DNA of 47,924 nucleotides, taken from positions 67,592-115,515 of the forward strand of contig JBBSVN010000006.1 of the NCBI GenBank assembly GCA_038046765.1. The letters are read 5' to 3'. Under the pieces are notes generated by a model. The model searched no databases, was not told the DNA's origin, and saw only the letters and a program-made list of their open reading frames with translations. The position numbers and the translations under genes were made by a program. This stretch comes from Candidatus Micrarchaeota archaeon (GTDB lineage Archaea > Micrarchaeota > Micrarchaeia > Anstonellales > Bilamarchaeaceae). Shown in pieces: positions 19,186-29,727 of the stretch (its first letter is position 1; the number at the start of each line of letters is the position of its first letter).

Positions 19186-19379
19186 AGATTAACCTTTGCT
19201 AAAATCATTTTTACTTCGCCGCATCAAATGATGAGGATAGATACATCAGAATTAATTAGATATTTAGACTCGAGTTTTTTAAGGTTATCGAAATAAAAAG
19301 GTAACAAAATAATTTGATAATAAATTATAAATTAATTAGAATTATAGAATTAGAAACAAAAATTATAAAAATAAAATAA

Positions 19380-19421
19380 AATAAAGAAAATAAAAAATTA
19401 AAAATAAGGTCTTTCGACCCC
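19380..19421 (-). terminator. Hairpin plus U-rich tract after the S-layer gene
   Basis: Minus strand GGGGTC-GAAA-GACCTT followed by TATTTTAATTTTTT. Confidence 0.6.
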
Positions 19422-19431
19422 AGGTTTACAC

Positions 19432-22278
19432 TTACTGATTCTTTAATTGACTTATGAAGTCACTTGCGGCTTGTAGTGTATCTGCTGCATTGTAACCAGC
19501 AACTACAATCTTTTTACCAGCTGCAACTTCTTTTACTACTGTTTTTTCAGTAGCAAAGTCAACTGAAGCTCCAGATAATGCATCAGCAGTTACCTTGTTG
19601 ACTGCAGGACCACCGACTGTAACTAGTACATCAGTTCCTACTGCATCTTTATCAAGGACTACTAAGGCTCCGAAGTTCGAGTAACCAAATGGTATTGCTG
19701 CAGTTACCGTAGCTGTATTAGCTGGCATAATTACTGCACTTTGACCAGTTGAATCAACCGTACATGCTGGAGCTGCTCCTGCACCTACTGCACATGAACC
19801 TACATCTTCAGTTATGTTAACTGCCTTTACAGTTACACCGTTAGTGTTTGCTAAGGTTACTGTTTGGCCTTCAGATAAGGTGTATTGTGTTTTGGTTGGG
19901 TCAGCACTTGCATTGGCAATTGGGGATAACAAGAATGAAACTCTTGCTGGTTTCCTTGCTACCTTAATTGTTACTGAACTATCTGACTTATCCGTTACAA
20001 TAGAACCTCTTTCTGTTACGAAGTTAACTTCTCTTGTAGATGGTTGGCTTGTTCTTGCTTCAGTTGTAAACTGGCTGTCTAAGAAACCAGCGTTACCTGA
20101 GGCATAAGAAAATGCACTGTAGTTTGCTGCAGTTGAATATAGTACTTTATCTTTTGCATAAGTACCGATATCCTTGTTAAAGCTCTTTGATGATACGTTG
20201 TATACCAAAGACAATGCAGCTGGCTTTTGAGCTGCTAGGTTTTCACCTGCATCTTCAACAAGCGCTACTAAGTAAGTGTCGTTTTGACCTCTGCTTACAT
20301 AGCCTACACTTGCACCAGTTAAGTTTGCCCTACCAGTTCCAACTACATCCCATATTGCAGTTCTGTTTGCATTACCTAAGATAGTATCACTTGCAAATCC
20401 AGTTTCTCTGTAACCAAACATCATTGCACCACCAGATGTTGAAGAACCACTTGCTCCTGCAACAGTGTATGATACGTTAATCGTATCACCGCCTGATGTG
20501 TTACCGACGTATACCCATTTACCAGTAGCTAATTTTAACATAACATCTCCTGATAATAAACCTCTTGTTGAAGGTTCACCAGTGAATGTTAAGTAACCAT
20601 CAGATAAATTGGTTGCTCTTGCTGCACCAGCACCGAATGGAACTCTCAATTCGCTACCAGTACCACCAGTTGTAGAGAATGAACCAGCTACACCAGATTT
20701 AACGCTAATATATACTGTTGCGTTAGATGATGATGTCGAAGTTTGACCATCTACAGTGTAGGTAAATGAACCATCGTTAGATTGCACTGACAAGGTATCG
20801 TAATCTGTACTTGAGGATGGGTTTAAATCCAAACCTTGGTACAAGAAATTGAATCCTTGTGGTGTTGCTAACATAGTTACACCAGTACCTTTTGATAGGT
20901 AGTCTGTTGAACCATCTCGGTATAATATAATAGATCTTAGATGATCTGTTGTATTATCTGCACCAGTTGATGAACTCGTATCTCTGTTTTTCCACAACAA
21001 TTTAGCTTTCCAGCTGTTATTGTTGTTTAATGTCTTATCTCCATTTACTTCTGGAGTGTCTGCATCTTTTAAGATCATTTCATTGGAAATAACAGACATA
21101 TCTGCCCATTTTGCACCGAAGGTATAACCTGGAGCTGTCTTAAATACTCTTACTTGTACTTTTTGACCGCTTGAATCAGTTAACAATGATACGGTGTTAC
21201 CTGGAGCAACTACTGTTTGTTTTAAAACAGATCCGCTTGCATCAAGTAAACTAACTATAGCACCTTGTTCTGAAGCAGTTGTACCTGATTTAATATCGTC
21301 TAATCTAATGGTGTATACACCAGTTTTTAGAGATTCTCCGACATTAATGATACCGCTTACAGATTCTTTTGCTAAGTCTACTTCACCACCAACAATTAAT
21401 CTTGATTCATTGTGTACTGCTGTGCCTGGACCAGTCATTTTAGTAATGATCCATTGGCTACCTAAAAAGTTAATCTTAACTTTGTGGTTACCGGTGTATG
21501 TAGTATCTGTTGAAGCACAGTTTGCCCAGCTCGAGTTAGTTGAGGTAGTACAAATCGGGATACCATAGTTATCCTGAGTAAACTTTACTTGATAAATAAA
21601 GTTTCTTATTCTACCTTGTACTGTATCAGCTGATTCTCTGTACTGATTTTCAGTTCTTGAGAAAATAGTCTGTGATTCAGTGTAGGTTTTACCTGCATCC
21701 TTATCTTCAGTTGAAACGTCTGCAAATGTTGAGTAGACACTTCCATCTAATCGGAATAAACCTTGTTGGGTTTCAGCCAATGATGTTGAAGTTTCACCAT
21801 CCGTAAATGGATGAGATTCAGAACTTGTTTCAGATGTTGATATTGAGTAGTTACTTAAAGTACTCAAACCCCTGTCTTCCAAGGTTCTGTCTGACATTTC
21901 AGAAACAAATGTTTTTACCTGATATGTTCCTGCTGCAGTCGCTCCTGGAACTGTTACTTCTAATTGTACTTTTTCGTTGCTAATACTGCATGTACCAGCT
22001 CCTGCTGAAGCACCTACACTGCATTTTGCCGCACCAGCAATTTGTGCTGTCAATGTTGAAGTTTTAAATGCTTCACTTGCAATTTTTGCTGCAATGTTTG
22101 CTGCTGCAACACCGTCGCTAGCTGCTGCTGCTTCACCAACTACTACTTTAGCGGTTGGTTGACCGTTGTCATTAACTAATTGTGTATTTCCAAACCACAG
22201 ACCTGCAAATGCTACAGATGTTGCAAAAATTGCAGAACCTGCGACTATTGCGCCTATTTTTCTTAAATTCACTTTCAT
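19432..22278 (-). CDS. S-layer protein (S_layer_N/S_layer_C type)
   Basis: RKIGAI signal, VVVGEAAAASD N-terminal motif, VGGPAVN and VVAGY..ADT C-terminal motifs; S/T/G-rich; GAGGTGA RBS. Confidence 0.9.
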   Translation of the reverse strand: MKVNLRKIGAIVAGSAIFATSVAFAGLWFGNTQLVNDNGQPTAKVVVGEAAAASDGVAAANIAAKIASEAFKTSTLTAQIAGAAKCSVGASAGAGTCSISNEKVQLEVTVPGATAAGTYQVKTFVSEMSDRTLEDRGLSTLSNYSISTSETSSESHPFTDGETSTSLAETQQGLFRLDGSVYSTFADVSTEDKDAGKTYTESQTIFSRTENQYRESADTVQGRIRNFIYQVKFTQDNYGIPICTTSTNSSWANCASTDTTYTGNHKVKINFLGSQWIITKMTGPGTAVHNESRLIVGGEVDLAKESVSGIINVGESLKTGVYTIRLDDIKSGTTASEQGAIVSLLDASGSVLKQTVVAPGNTVSLLTDSSGQKVQVRVFKTAPGYTFGAKWADMSVISNEMILKDADTPEVNGDKTLNNNNSWKAKLLWKNRDTSSSTGADNTTDHLRSIILYRDGSTDYLSKGTGVTMLATPQGFNFLYQGLDLNPSSSTDYDTLSVQSNDGSFTYTVDGQTSTSSSNATVYISVKSGVAGSFSTTGGTGSELRVPFGAGAARATNLSDGYLTFTGEPSTRGLLSGDVMLKLATGKWVYVGNTSGGDTINVSYTVAGASGSSTSGGAMMFGYRETGFASDTILGNANRTAIWDVVGTGRANLTGASVGYVSRGQNDTYLVALVEDAGENLAAQKPAALSLVYNVSSKSFNKDIGTYAKDKVLYSTAANYSAFSYASGNAGFLDSQFTTEARTSQPSTREVNFVTERGSIVTDKSDSSVTIKVARKPARVSFLLSPIANASADPTKTQYTLSEGQTVTLANTNGVTVKAVNITEDVGSCAVGAGAAPACTVDSTGQSAVIMPANTATVTAAIPFGYSNFGALVVLDKDAVGTDVLVTVGGPAVNKVTADALSGASVDFATEKTVVKEVAAGKKIVVAGYNAADTLQAASDFISQLKNQ

Positions 22279-22480
22279 CCAATTTCACCTCGGATTTTTT
22301 ACATAACTACCTATCGAGCCAACGGCCCATTCTACATAATTACTATTCTCGATAGTTTATTGCCAACAGGAAGTTAGCAAAGGGCCGAAATTTAATACCT
22401 TTCTCCGATATAGAGTTTCCCCTAGATCGAATTGTAGTATAAGAGGGTGTCGAACACAATGTTTAAAAAGGTTTTGCTTG

Positions 22481-22502
22481 ATTATAAACAGCTGTTTATA
22501 AT
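22481..22502. promoter_or_regulatory. Perfect 22-bp palindrome ATTATAAACAGCTGTTTATAAT upstream of the S-layer gene
   Basis: Exact inverted repeat containing TATA-like boxes on both strands. Confidence 0.45.
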
Positions 22503-22657
22503 AAACGTAGTCTGTTAAGACGATAGTCGTAAGCATAGTTCGCTTATTCACGAACTAATTTCACTTTCAATTCAGATTTTAACTTTTTTTATAACCCTTA
22601 AATTCGTTATTAAGTTTAGCGTTGATTTTAACCCCATAACATAATAGATGATAACCC

Positions 22658-23539
22658 TTATAACCTGATTGTAAGACCATCTTTTGCCAATCGAGTGGAG
22701 GTAAACAATATTTGAGCTTCATTTAGAAGCGTAGATACAAACTCATCTTTAGAGTATCTTGGACTAATATGCGTTAGTATAAGCTGATTTACGTTCGCTT
22801 TCTTTGCAACTTCTGCTGCCTGCTTGGCTGTCGAATGCATTCGTTCTTTAGCTTCTTTCGTAAAAGCGGTGTCAAAGGTTGCCTCATGAATTAGAAGATC
22901 AGCATTCTTTGCTGCTTTTATTATTGTTAGGCTAGGGGCACAGTCGCCAGTATAAACTAATTTTTTACCTGGTTTAACAAAGCTAACTTCCTTTAGAGTT
23001 ACTTTTTTATCTTTGATTTTAACAAACCCGCGCTTTTGAATTTTAGTAAATAATTCACCTTGTAATCCTAATGCGTGCGCTTTTTCTTCATAAAATTTTA
23101 TTTTATCGTCTTCTTGTAAAATAAAACCAAATGAATTTTTAGAGTGTTTAACCGTAAAAGCAGAGATTGTAAAATCTTTGATTTTAAGAAGTTTACCTGA
23201 TTTTATTTTTTGTATATTTAGAAAAGAATAGTTTTTGCTCGTAAATATTTCAAATAACTCTTCGGGAACAAAGAGCGAAACTTGTTTTGGACTGGGTTGT
23301 GATAGCCTTAGTGTTTCAATTAACCCAAATAAGCCCAAGTAATGGTCAAGGTGGGCGTGTGTTATAAATACTGCGTCAATACTTCCAAAACCGACTTTGT
23401 AATTCATCATCTGTCGCTGCGTTCCTTCGCCGCAATCAAAAAGAATGTTGATACCATTTACTTTTAAAAATATTGCGGGGAGATTTCGCTCGGGTGTTGG
23501 AATACTTCCACTTGTTCCTAAGAATGTAATGTCGATCAT
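22658..23539 (-). CDS. rnz: Ribonuclease Z
   Basis: LGTSGSIP, DCGEGTQRQ, THAHLDH, YTGD, HEAT, HST, HISPRY. Confidence 0.96.
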   Translation of the reverse strand: MIDITFLGTSGSIPTPERNLPAIFLKVNGINILFDCGEGTQRQMMNYKVGFGSIDAVFITHAHLDHYLGLFGLIETLRLSQPSPKQVSLFVPEELFEIFTSKNYSFLNIQKIKSGKLLKIKDFTISAFTVKHSKNSFGFILQEDDKIKFYEEKAHALGLQGELFTKIQKRGFVKIKDKKVTLKEVSFVKPGKKLVYTGDCAPSLTIIKAAKNADLLIHEATFDTAFTKEAKERMHSTAKQAAEVAKKANVNQLILTHISPRYSKDEFVSTLLNEAQILFTSTRLAKDGLTIRL

Positions 23540-23657
23540 AAAGTAATTTTAAAGGCAAGATTAAAAAAGAAAGAGGGAAAAATGAAAAATCATTATAAAC
23601 ATTAGTTAGCTAATTATAGTTATTAGAAATTCTTATTGTTTTATAGGTGATATTAAA

Positions 23658-24917
23658 ATGACAGAACAAACTAAACCTTACGAAGTAAAAGATATTAATC
23701 TAGCAGAAAAAGGAATGCTCAATATTGAAATTGCAGAACTGCGAATGGGCGCTCTTATGGAAATTCGGGAACGATTTAAAAAAGAAAAACCATTTATGGG
23801 ACTTACCATTGGACTTGCGCTTCATGTAACGAAAGAAACCGCAGTTCTCGTTAGAACGCTACGTGATGGTGGGGCAAAAGTTTCAGTGGCTAGTTGTAAT
23901 CCGTTATCTACGCAAGATGATGTTGCCGCAGCACTTGCTAAAGAAGGATTTAATGTTTACGCTAAAAAAGGCGAGAGTACTTATGAGTATTATCAATATA
24001 TAGATCACGTAATCGCATCGAAACCGAATATAACTATAGATGATGGTTGCGATTTAGTAACCAGAATACACACAAAATTCCCCGAGAATATGAAAACAAT
24101 TATAGGCGGATGTGAAGAAACAACAACAGGTGTAATTCGTCTTCACGCGATGGCTAAAGATAATGCGCTAAAATACCCAGTTGTTGCAGTAAACGACAAT
24201 AAAACAAAACACTTACTAGATAATTACTATGGAACTGGACAAAGTACAATCGATGGCGTTTTACGAGCGACAAACATTTTAATTGCAGGTAAAAATTTAG
24301 TAATCTGCGGATATGGAGACTGTGGAAAAGGTTTAGCACAACGGGCAAAAGGAATGGGTGCTAACGTTGTTGTAACTGAAGTAAATCCATTTAGAGCGCT
24401 TCAGGCAGTACTCGATGGTTTTATAGTAATGCAACTAAACGATGCAGTAAAAACGGGAGATATTTTTATTACAGTTACTGGAGACAAAAGAGTAATTACG
24501 CTTGAACACGTAAAACAGATGAAACATGGTGCAGTCTTAGCTAATTCAGGACATTTTGACCTAGAAATAGATGTTAAAGCTTTAAACGACAACTTTAAGC
24601 GAAGAAGAGTTAGGGATTTCTTAGACGAATACATTGTTAATGGCAAAAAAATATATGTTTGTGGTGAAGGAAGACTCGTAAATTTAGCAGCTGCTGAAGG
24701 ACACCCAAGCGAAGTCATGTCAACTTCTTTTGCTGGTCAAGCTCTAGCCTGTGAATATTTAGTTAAAAACAAGGGGAAACTACAAGGAGTAGTAACGCTT
24801 CCTGAAAGTATCGATGATGAAATTGCAACGCTGCAATTAAAGGCAATGGGAATAAAGATCGATGTTCTTAGCGAGGAACAGAAGAAATACTTAACGAGCT
24901 GGGAAGAAGGAACCTGA
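23658..24917 (+). CDS. ahcY: S-adenosylhomocysteine hydrolase
   Basis: SCNPLSTQD, EETTTG, GYGDCGKG, GRLVNL..AEGHP. Confidence 0.98.
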   Translation: MTEQTKPYEVKDINLAEKGMLNIEIAELRMGALMEIRERFKKEKPFMGLTIGLALHVTKETAVLVRTLRDGGAKVSVASCNPLSTQDDVAAALAKEGFNVYAKKGESTYEYYQYIDHVIASKPNITIDDGCDLVTRIHTKFPENMKTIIGGCEETTTGVIRLHAMAKDNALKYPVVAVNDNKTKHLLDNYYGTGQSTIDGVLRATNILIAGKNLVICGYGDCGKGLAQRAKGMGANVVVTEVNPFRALQAVLDGFIVMQLNDAVKTGDIFITVTGDKRVITLEHVKQMKHGAVLANSGHFDLEIDVKALNDNFKRRRVRDFLDEYIVNGKKIYVCGEGRLVNLAAAEGHPSEVMSTSFAGQALACEYLVKNKGKLQGVVTLPESIDDEIATLQLKAMGIKIDVLSEEQKKYLTSWEEGT

Positions 24918-24969
24918 AGCTTAGATTTTTAACTCTTGTTTTCTTTTACTTAAATAAGGTGATAATCAT

Positions 24970-25524
24970 ATGGTAGACATTGGTAAAAGTATAAACGCAT
25001 CGCTATTACCCACGACCGTTTACGTTATTTTAGGAATAGTTGTAGAATTACTTGAAAAGATACCGTTTCTTATTGGAGCAGTTTTAGGTTGCTTACTAAT
25101 AGTTCCAAAGATTATAATTGGTCCATTAATTTTAGCATGGGCTGGATACAAGGCAGTAAAAGAAAAAGGATCTGACTTAGTAGGAGCTGCACTAGCGGGC
25201 GCATTTAGCGGGGCAACTGGGTTAACAATTGTAGCTATTGCCGCATTTATAATGCAAATTCTTGGAATAATACCCGCAGCAATAGCAGCAGGAGCACCTG
25301 AAACCGCTGGCGAAGGAATGATGACATTTACAAGCGGAATATTTGGAGGAGTAGTTGGCGTATTTGCAATCGGATTTTACCTCGTTACAGGAATTTTACT
25401 TGGCGCGATTATGGGTGCAATTGGCGGAATAATTGCAGGACAAAAATCAACTGCAAAACCAGCAGTATCAGAAAAAATAGTGCAAGTTAAACAGGCAGAA
25501 ACCAAACCAAAATCCAAAAAATAA
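24970..25524 (+). CDS. Gly/Ala-rich multi-pass membrane protein
   Basis: About four TM helices with GxxxG motifs and a basic tail. Confidence 0.75.
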   Translation: MVDIGKSINASLLPTTVYVILGIVVELLEKIPFLIGAVLGCLLIVPKIIIGPLILAWAGYKAVKEKGSDLVGAALAGAFSGATGLTIVAIAAFIMQILGIIPAAIAAGAPETAGEGMMTFTSGIFGGVVGVFAIGFYLVTGILLGAIMGAIGGIIAGQKSTAKPAVSEKIVQVKQAETKPKSKK

Positions 25525-25600
25525 TTTCTTTTTTTCTTTTAGCAACGTTTAAATTACTTCGCAGCATTATTAATTGGAATAAATTAGAGGTGAAAACTTA

Positions 25601-26308
25601 ATGTACGGAGTATCCCCACAAGCATACGATCGAGCAATTACAGTATTTAGTCCTGACGGAAGATTATTCCAGGTAGAATACGCAAAAGAAGCAGTAAAAC
25701 GAGGAGCTACTGCAATCGGTTTAGTAGCAAAGGACGGCGTAGCGCTAGTTGCGTTTAAAAGCATCCATTCAAAATTGGTAATGCCAGAGTCACTCAAAAA
25801 AGTATTTGATGTTGACACACACATTGCATTTACTGCTAGCGGATTAATAGCAGATGCTAGAAGATTAGTAGATGGAGCTAGAGTAGACGCCCAAAGACAC
25901 AGGATAACTTATAACGAACCAGCGTCAATCGAATCAATAGCAAAGGGAGTTTGCGACTTATTACAAGTATATACACAATATGGCGGAATTAGACCATTTG
26001 GTGTTTCTCTTCTTATTGCAGGTGTTGATGACCAGCCAAGATTGTATGAAGCAGAACCAAGCGGTGCAATGACAGCTTACAAAGCAGATTCAATTGGAGC
26101 TGGCAAAAAAGAAGTAGATGCAATTCTAGAAAAAAGTTACAAGGACACGATGACGCTAGAAGAAGTAGTTGTTTTAGGTGTTGATGCCCTTAAAAAAACG
26201 CAGGAAGAAAAGATAAGTCCTGAAAACGTAGAAATATCAATAATAGACACAAAAACCAAGAAGTTTAGCTGTTTAACTGACAAAGAAGTTGCAAAATATT
26301 TAAAGTGA
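25601..26308 (+). CDS. psmA: Proteasome subunit alpha
   Basis: YDRAITVFSPDGRLFQVEYA signature; RPFGVSLL. Confidence 0.98.
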   Translation: MYGVSPQAYDRAITVFSPDGRLFQVEYAKEAVKRGATAIGLVAKDGVALVAFKSIHSKLVMPESLKKVFDVDTHIAFTASGLIADARRLVDGARVDAQRHRITYNEPASIESIAKGVCDLLQVYTQYGGIRPFGVSLLIAGVDDQPRLYEAEPSGAMTAYKADSIGAGKKEVDAILEKSYKDTMTLEEVVVLGVDALKKTQEEKISPENVEISIIDTKTKKFSCLTDKEVAKYLK

Positions 26309-26878
26309 ACGCACGGGTAGACCCGTTGTATTTTCTTTTTCTTTTTTTCGTTCTATTTTTTCGATTATAAGAGGAATGATTTCCCCCGTTTCTGGAAGTA
26401 TGAATGTTATGTTTTGATGCCCCACGATAGGCAATTTAACAGGTTCGCGTATCAAGCACGAGTCAATTCTGCCACCAATTACAGGACCGATTTCAGTTCT
26501 TTTAATGTTATCAAAAAATCGATAGATCGCAAGTCTTCCATTTGTTTTTAAAATGGCAAACCATTGCCGATTTTTACCAATATAACTGCATGCATAATCA
26601 AAAGAATCTTCATGCGAAACGCGAATTGGAATGGTTTTTTCATTCACATGCGCAATAACAGAAAACGATTTATCATCAACACTTAAAAAAACACCCGAAA
26701 CAGAACTAGAAGAAACTTGCGAAGCTGAGTTATCAAATGGCTCTGGCATATTTTTGTATCTGGCAAAAATTCTAGGTTTAAACTGACCCGAACTAGGTAA
26801 AGAACTAGAATTATTACTTGCAGCAATTAGAATTGCTCCGATTAGAAGCGTTTGAGCGAAACGTTTAGAAAAAGACAT
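26300..26878 (-). CDS. Putative secreted protein, paralog of 26953-27390
   Basis: Signal-like N-terminus; shared Y-x-C-x-Y...W...NG...Y-x-F motif. Confidence 0.65.
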   Translation of the reverse strand: MSFSKRFAQTLLIGAILIAASNNSSSLPSSGQFKPRIFARYKNMPEPFDNSASQVSSSSVSGVFLSVDDKSFSVIAHVNEKTIPIRVSHEDSFDYACSYIGKNRQWFAILKTNGRLAIYRFFDNIKRTEIGPVIGGRIDSCLIREPVKLPIVGHQNITFILPETGEIIPLIIEKIERKKEKENTTGLPVRSL

Positions 26879-26952
26879 TGAAAATACACCACTTAATTTG
26901 ATATAGTACATAATTAATTTGTTTTGTTTTCCACAACAAACCGAATTTTTCT

Positions 26953-27390
26953 TCAGATATAATCTGTGAAGAATAAAACTCGTTGAGAAGAATTTGGCTT
27001 ATCCGGTACGTTTTCACTTATAGAACACTTAGTTAAACTATAGAAAAAGGGTTTAAAACCATATTCCGTAGTTCCATTATGAAATGAATATGCTGTGGCG
27101 CCCCCATTTTTTAGTGCGATAACTCCCCAGGTTTTATCCTTTGATACGTAGCCACATACATAATTTTTTTCTTCGCCGTGATTATATAAAATATAGGGAT
27201 CAGGACTAACACGAGAAAAAGTCCAGGCAAACTTTTGCTTATCTACAGTAAGCTTAAAATCGATACGCGGATTTGGCTTTTCTAGCATAGGTTCAGTTAG
27301 TCTATTCGATCTTATGGGTGGAAGTGCTAAAGAGCCAGAATTCGAAAATAACAAACCACTAATTATTGCTGCGCTAAAGATTCTTCGCAT
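26953..27390 (-). CDS. Putative secreted protein, paralog of 26300-26878
   Basis: MRRIFSAAIISGLLF signal-like N-terminus; same motif. Confidence 0.65.
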   Translation of the reverse strand: MRRIFSAAIISGLLFSNSGSLALPPIRSNRLTEPMLEKPNPRIDFKLTVDKQKFAWTFSRVSPDPYILYNHGEEKNYVCGYVSKDKTWGVIALKNGGATAYSFHNGTTEYGFKPFFYSLTKCSISENVPDKPNSSQRVLFFTDYI

Positions 27391-27413
27391 AAGTTCCTTT
27401 AGCAATAGCAAAG

Positions 27414-28100
27414 TTATTTAACAATTGTCCCATTATGATTTTTTCCGTTTATTGCATTTTCTAAGTCATTTAAGTTTTTTCCACTTACAAAATGAGCTTC
27501 GATTTTACTTCTTGCAATGATTTTACATGCCAAAATATCAAACACAAAGTTCTCTCCAGCTTTTCTTGTGTCGCTTCTACATGCAAGATTAATTAGCGTT
27601 GAATAATCGAGCGAGCCGTATTTTTTTGCATTTTTATTTTCTTTTGGATTTGAGTCATAAATCGCATCTACGTTACTTATATTAACTAATCTTCGCGAAT
27701 TTATTGCTTCAGCTAGTAGCGCAGCATCAGCATCAGTAGTAATTCCGGGAATTGTTCCGCCCATTGCAATAAACCTGAATTTTTTAGCTTCCTTTCGGGC
27801 ATTGTCAAAATCTAAACATACTTTTTTACAGATATTTGATTTACCAGCAGAAAAAACATCGATTACTGCTTTTGCATTTTCTTTTGTAGCAACTATTGCA
27901 GCTTCATCAGCTTCAAATTCATTTCCGCCTTTTAAGCGAACTTCGTTAGCATATTTTCGAGCAGCTTTTCCGCCACCAGTAACGATTGCGAAATTGTGTT
28001 CACTTTTTTCTAGAATTTGTCTGATTTGATTTAGAAAAACAGTGTCAATTCCATTTTCAGTATTAACTAAACTTCCACCTAAAGATAGGACAATGTGCAT
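27414..28100 (-). CDS. pyrH: UMP kinase
   Basis: SLGGS, VTGGG..AR.Y, PGITTD, NVDAIYDSNP. Confidence 0.95.
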   Translation of the reverse strand: MHIVLSLGGSLVNTENGIDTVFLNQIRQILEKSEHNFAIVTGGGKAARKYANEVRLKGGNEFEADEAAIVATKENAKAVIDVFSAGKSNICKKVCLDFDNARKEAKKFRFIAMGGTIPGITTDADAALLAEAINSRRLVNISNVDAIYDSNPKENKNAKKYGSLDYSTLINLACRSDTRKAGENFVFDILACKIIARSKIEAHFVSGKNLNDLENAINGKNHNGTIVK

Positions 28101-28185
28101 AAAATTGCTTATGCAATTAAGGTTTTAAAAGAGTAATGAGAAGAAGAAGTGATTTACAAGACTATACCGAAGAAGAGCGTGAAAA

Positions 28186-29319
28186 TTAATTAGGAGGAGG
28201 GATTTCATCCAAAATTTTTAACAGCCAATTAGCATACATCTTAAGTTCTTCTTGTGATAAAAGTCGGGGAATTTTTTTCTTAATTTCTTCAACTGGAACA
28301 GGAACCTTTTTTTCGATGCAATCTTCAATGAAGATAACTGCAGGTTCAACATCCGCGGAAGAATCGCTATCTAATACTTGAATTATATTCGGAATATAAT
28401 CGGTAACATCTTCCTCGTTCTTAAGTGCAGATGAAAAAGCTAGTATGGCTAAACCAGCACCTGTTTTAAATTCCAACACGATTTTAAGTCCCGGGAACGC
28501 CTCCTTGATATCAATACCAAGCATTTGAGTCATGGCACAAACTGCGTTTGAACAACTAATCTTAACCTCCCTAGAAGCCTTGGACATCAACAGCTCGATT
28601 ACTTTTGGCAAGGCAGGCGACGTATCAAGATCATTATCATAAGGCAACACCCCCAAAAGATCAGCTGCGGCCTCAACGAGAGGGGGTCGTTTATCATATA
28701 AAAGAGAAACAATCTGTTCCACAGATAACTCGTTAAGACCTGCATCAAAACGCAGATTATTCGCCAAAGATGAAAGTGTTAAGAGCGCTTCAATCTTAAA
28801 TCTAAAACTTTTACTGCCCAACATTTTAGATAATTCTGATGATATATCCGTAAGTTCAACACCTGCAAAAAGATCCTGATCAATAACGTCTTTTTTATTT
28901 ACTTCTGCATATTTAAGAATTCGTAAGCATTTGCATGCACCTACCTTTAAAGAAGAATCCGAGCTTTTTAAGGCGCGTATTATGGAGGCAAAAAATTCCA
29001 TTTGATTTTCATGTATCAGCGGAAATAAGAGTTCGTTAAAAGATTTATCCTCTTTTTTTAGTTTTTGTGCTGCAATAGAAATCAAATAAGGAAATTCGTT
29101 TTGAGGATTCTGTCTAACCATATCTGCAATACTTGAGGTTTCTCCTCGTTTAACTAAATCGCTATACAAATGAAGTCTTTTTTTATTAAACGAATTTGGT
29201 AGCTTATCTTCTAACATGGCATTTATTGATTTCCCTACTGCTCCTGGTTTAGCATCTTGATATTCTAGCATGTCTTTAATAATAGCTCTTGATGGTCTCA
29301 TTATCTTTCTCCCAGTCAT
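28186..29319 (-). CDS. HEAT/ARM-repeat-like helical protein
   Basis: Recurring Leu-rich helical units of roughly 40 aa (IIRALKSSDSSLKVGAC.., IVSLLYDKRPPLVEAAADLL.., IIQVLDSDSSADV..). Confidence 0.7.
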   Translation of the reverse strand: MTGRKIMRPSRAIIKDMLEYQDAKPGAVGKSINAMLEDKLPNSFNKKRLHLYSDLVKRGETSSIADMVRQNPQNEFPYLISIAAQKLKKEDKSFNELLFPLIHENQMEFFASIIRALKSSDSSLKVGACKCLRILKYAEVNKKDVIDQDLFAGVELTDISSELSKMLGSKSFRFKIEALLTLSSLANNLRFDAGLNELSVEQIVSLLYDKRPPLVEAAADLLGVLPYDNDLDTSPALPKVIELLMSKASREVKISCSNAVCAMTQMLGIDIKEAFPGLKIVLEFKTGAGLAILAFSSALKNEEDVTDYIPNIIQVLDSDSSADVEPAVIFIEDCIEKKVPVPVEEIKKKIPRLLSQEELKMYANWLLKILDEIPPPN

Positions 29320-29517
29320 GTTATTTATTATGGTTAGAGGAGTTTTTAATACTTTGCCCCACTTTGATTGTGTAAACCAGCTTCAGTCGAAAAAGATATT
29401 GATTAGGATAGTTGAGTTTAACATTGAAATAAGTAGAAATAAGTAAAACAAGAAGTAAAAAAACACAAAACAATAGTATTTTATATAATGAAAGTTTAAT
29501 ACATTTAGGTGTAAAAA

Positions 29518-29727
29518 ATGGAAAATGTAACGCTTAACGTAATTTATAATGAAATAAAAAAGCTTGAGAAAATGGTTTATGTAATAGACCAGAAAGTAGA
29601 GAATTACCGAGGTCTTGAGATACTTAACCAAGAAGAAATGAAAAAGTTAAAGCAGATAAGTAAGGAAATGAAGACTAGTTCTAAATCAATAAAAGAATTT
29701 TCCAAAGAAATGGGCGTTGAATTATGA
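29518..29727 (+). CDS. Putative antitoxin of RelE
   Basis: 69 aa; ATGA overlap with relE. Confidence 0.75.
   Translation: MENVTLNVIYNEIKKLEKMVYVIDQKVENYRGLEILNQEEMKKLKQISKEMKTSSKSIKEFSKEMGVEL

Noticed and set aside
19280..19405. AT-rich tract as replication origin
   Set aside because: No ORB-like G-string repeats or adjacent cdc6/orc1; explained by the S-layer terminator region.
18647..22162. Antisense ORFs inside the Zn-finger and S-layer genes, and similar shadow ORFs elsewhere (e.g. 10714-11109, 37105-37563, 43403-43747)
   Set aside because: They overlap confident genes on the opposite strand or frame and carry no motifs.
22357..22551. 64-aa ORF upstream of the S-layer gene
   Set aside because: GTG start, no motif, and it overlaps the probable promoter and leader.
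29383..29631. 82-aa hydrophobic minus-strand ORF
   Set aside because: Antisense to the antitoxin gene and its A-rich promoter; the F/Y/L bias is a compositional artefact.
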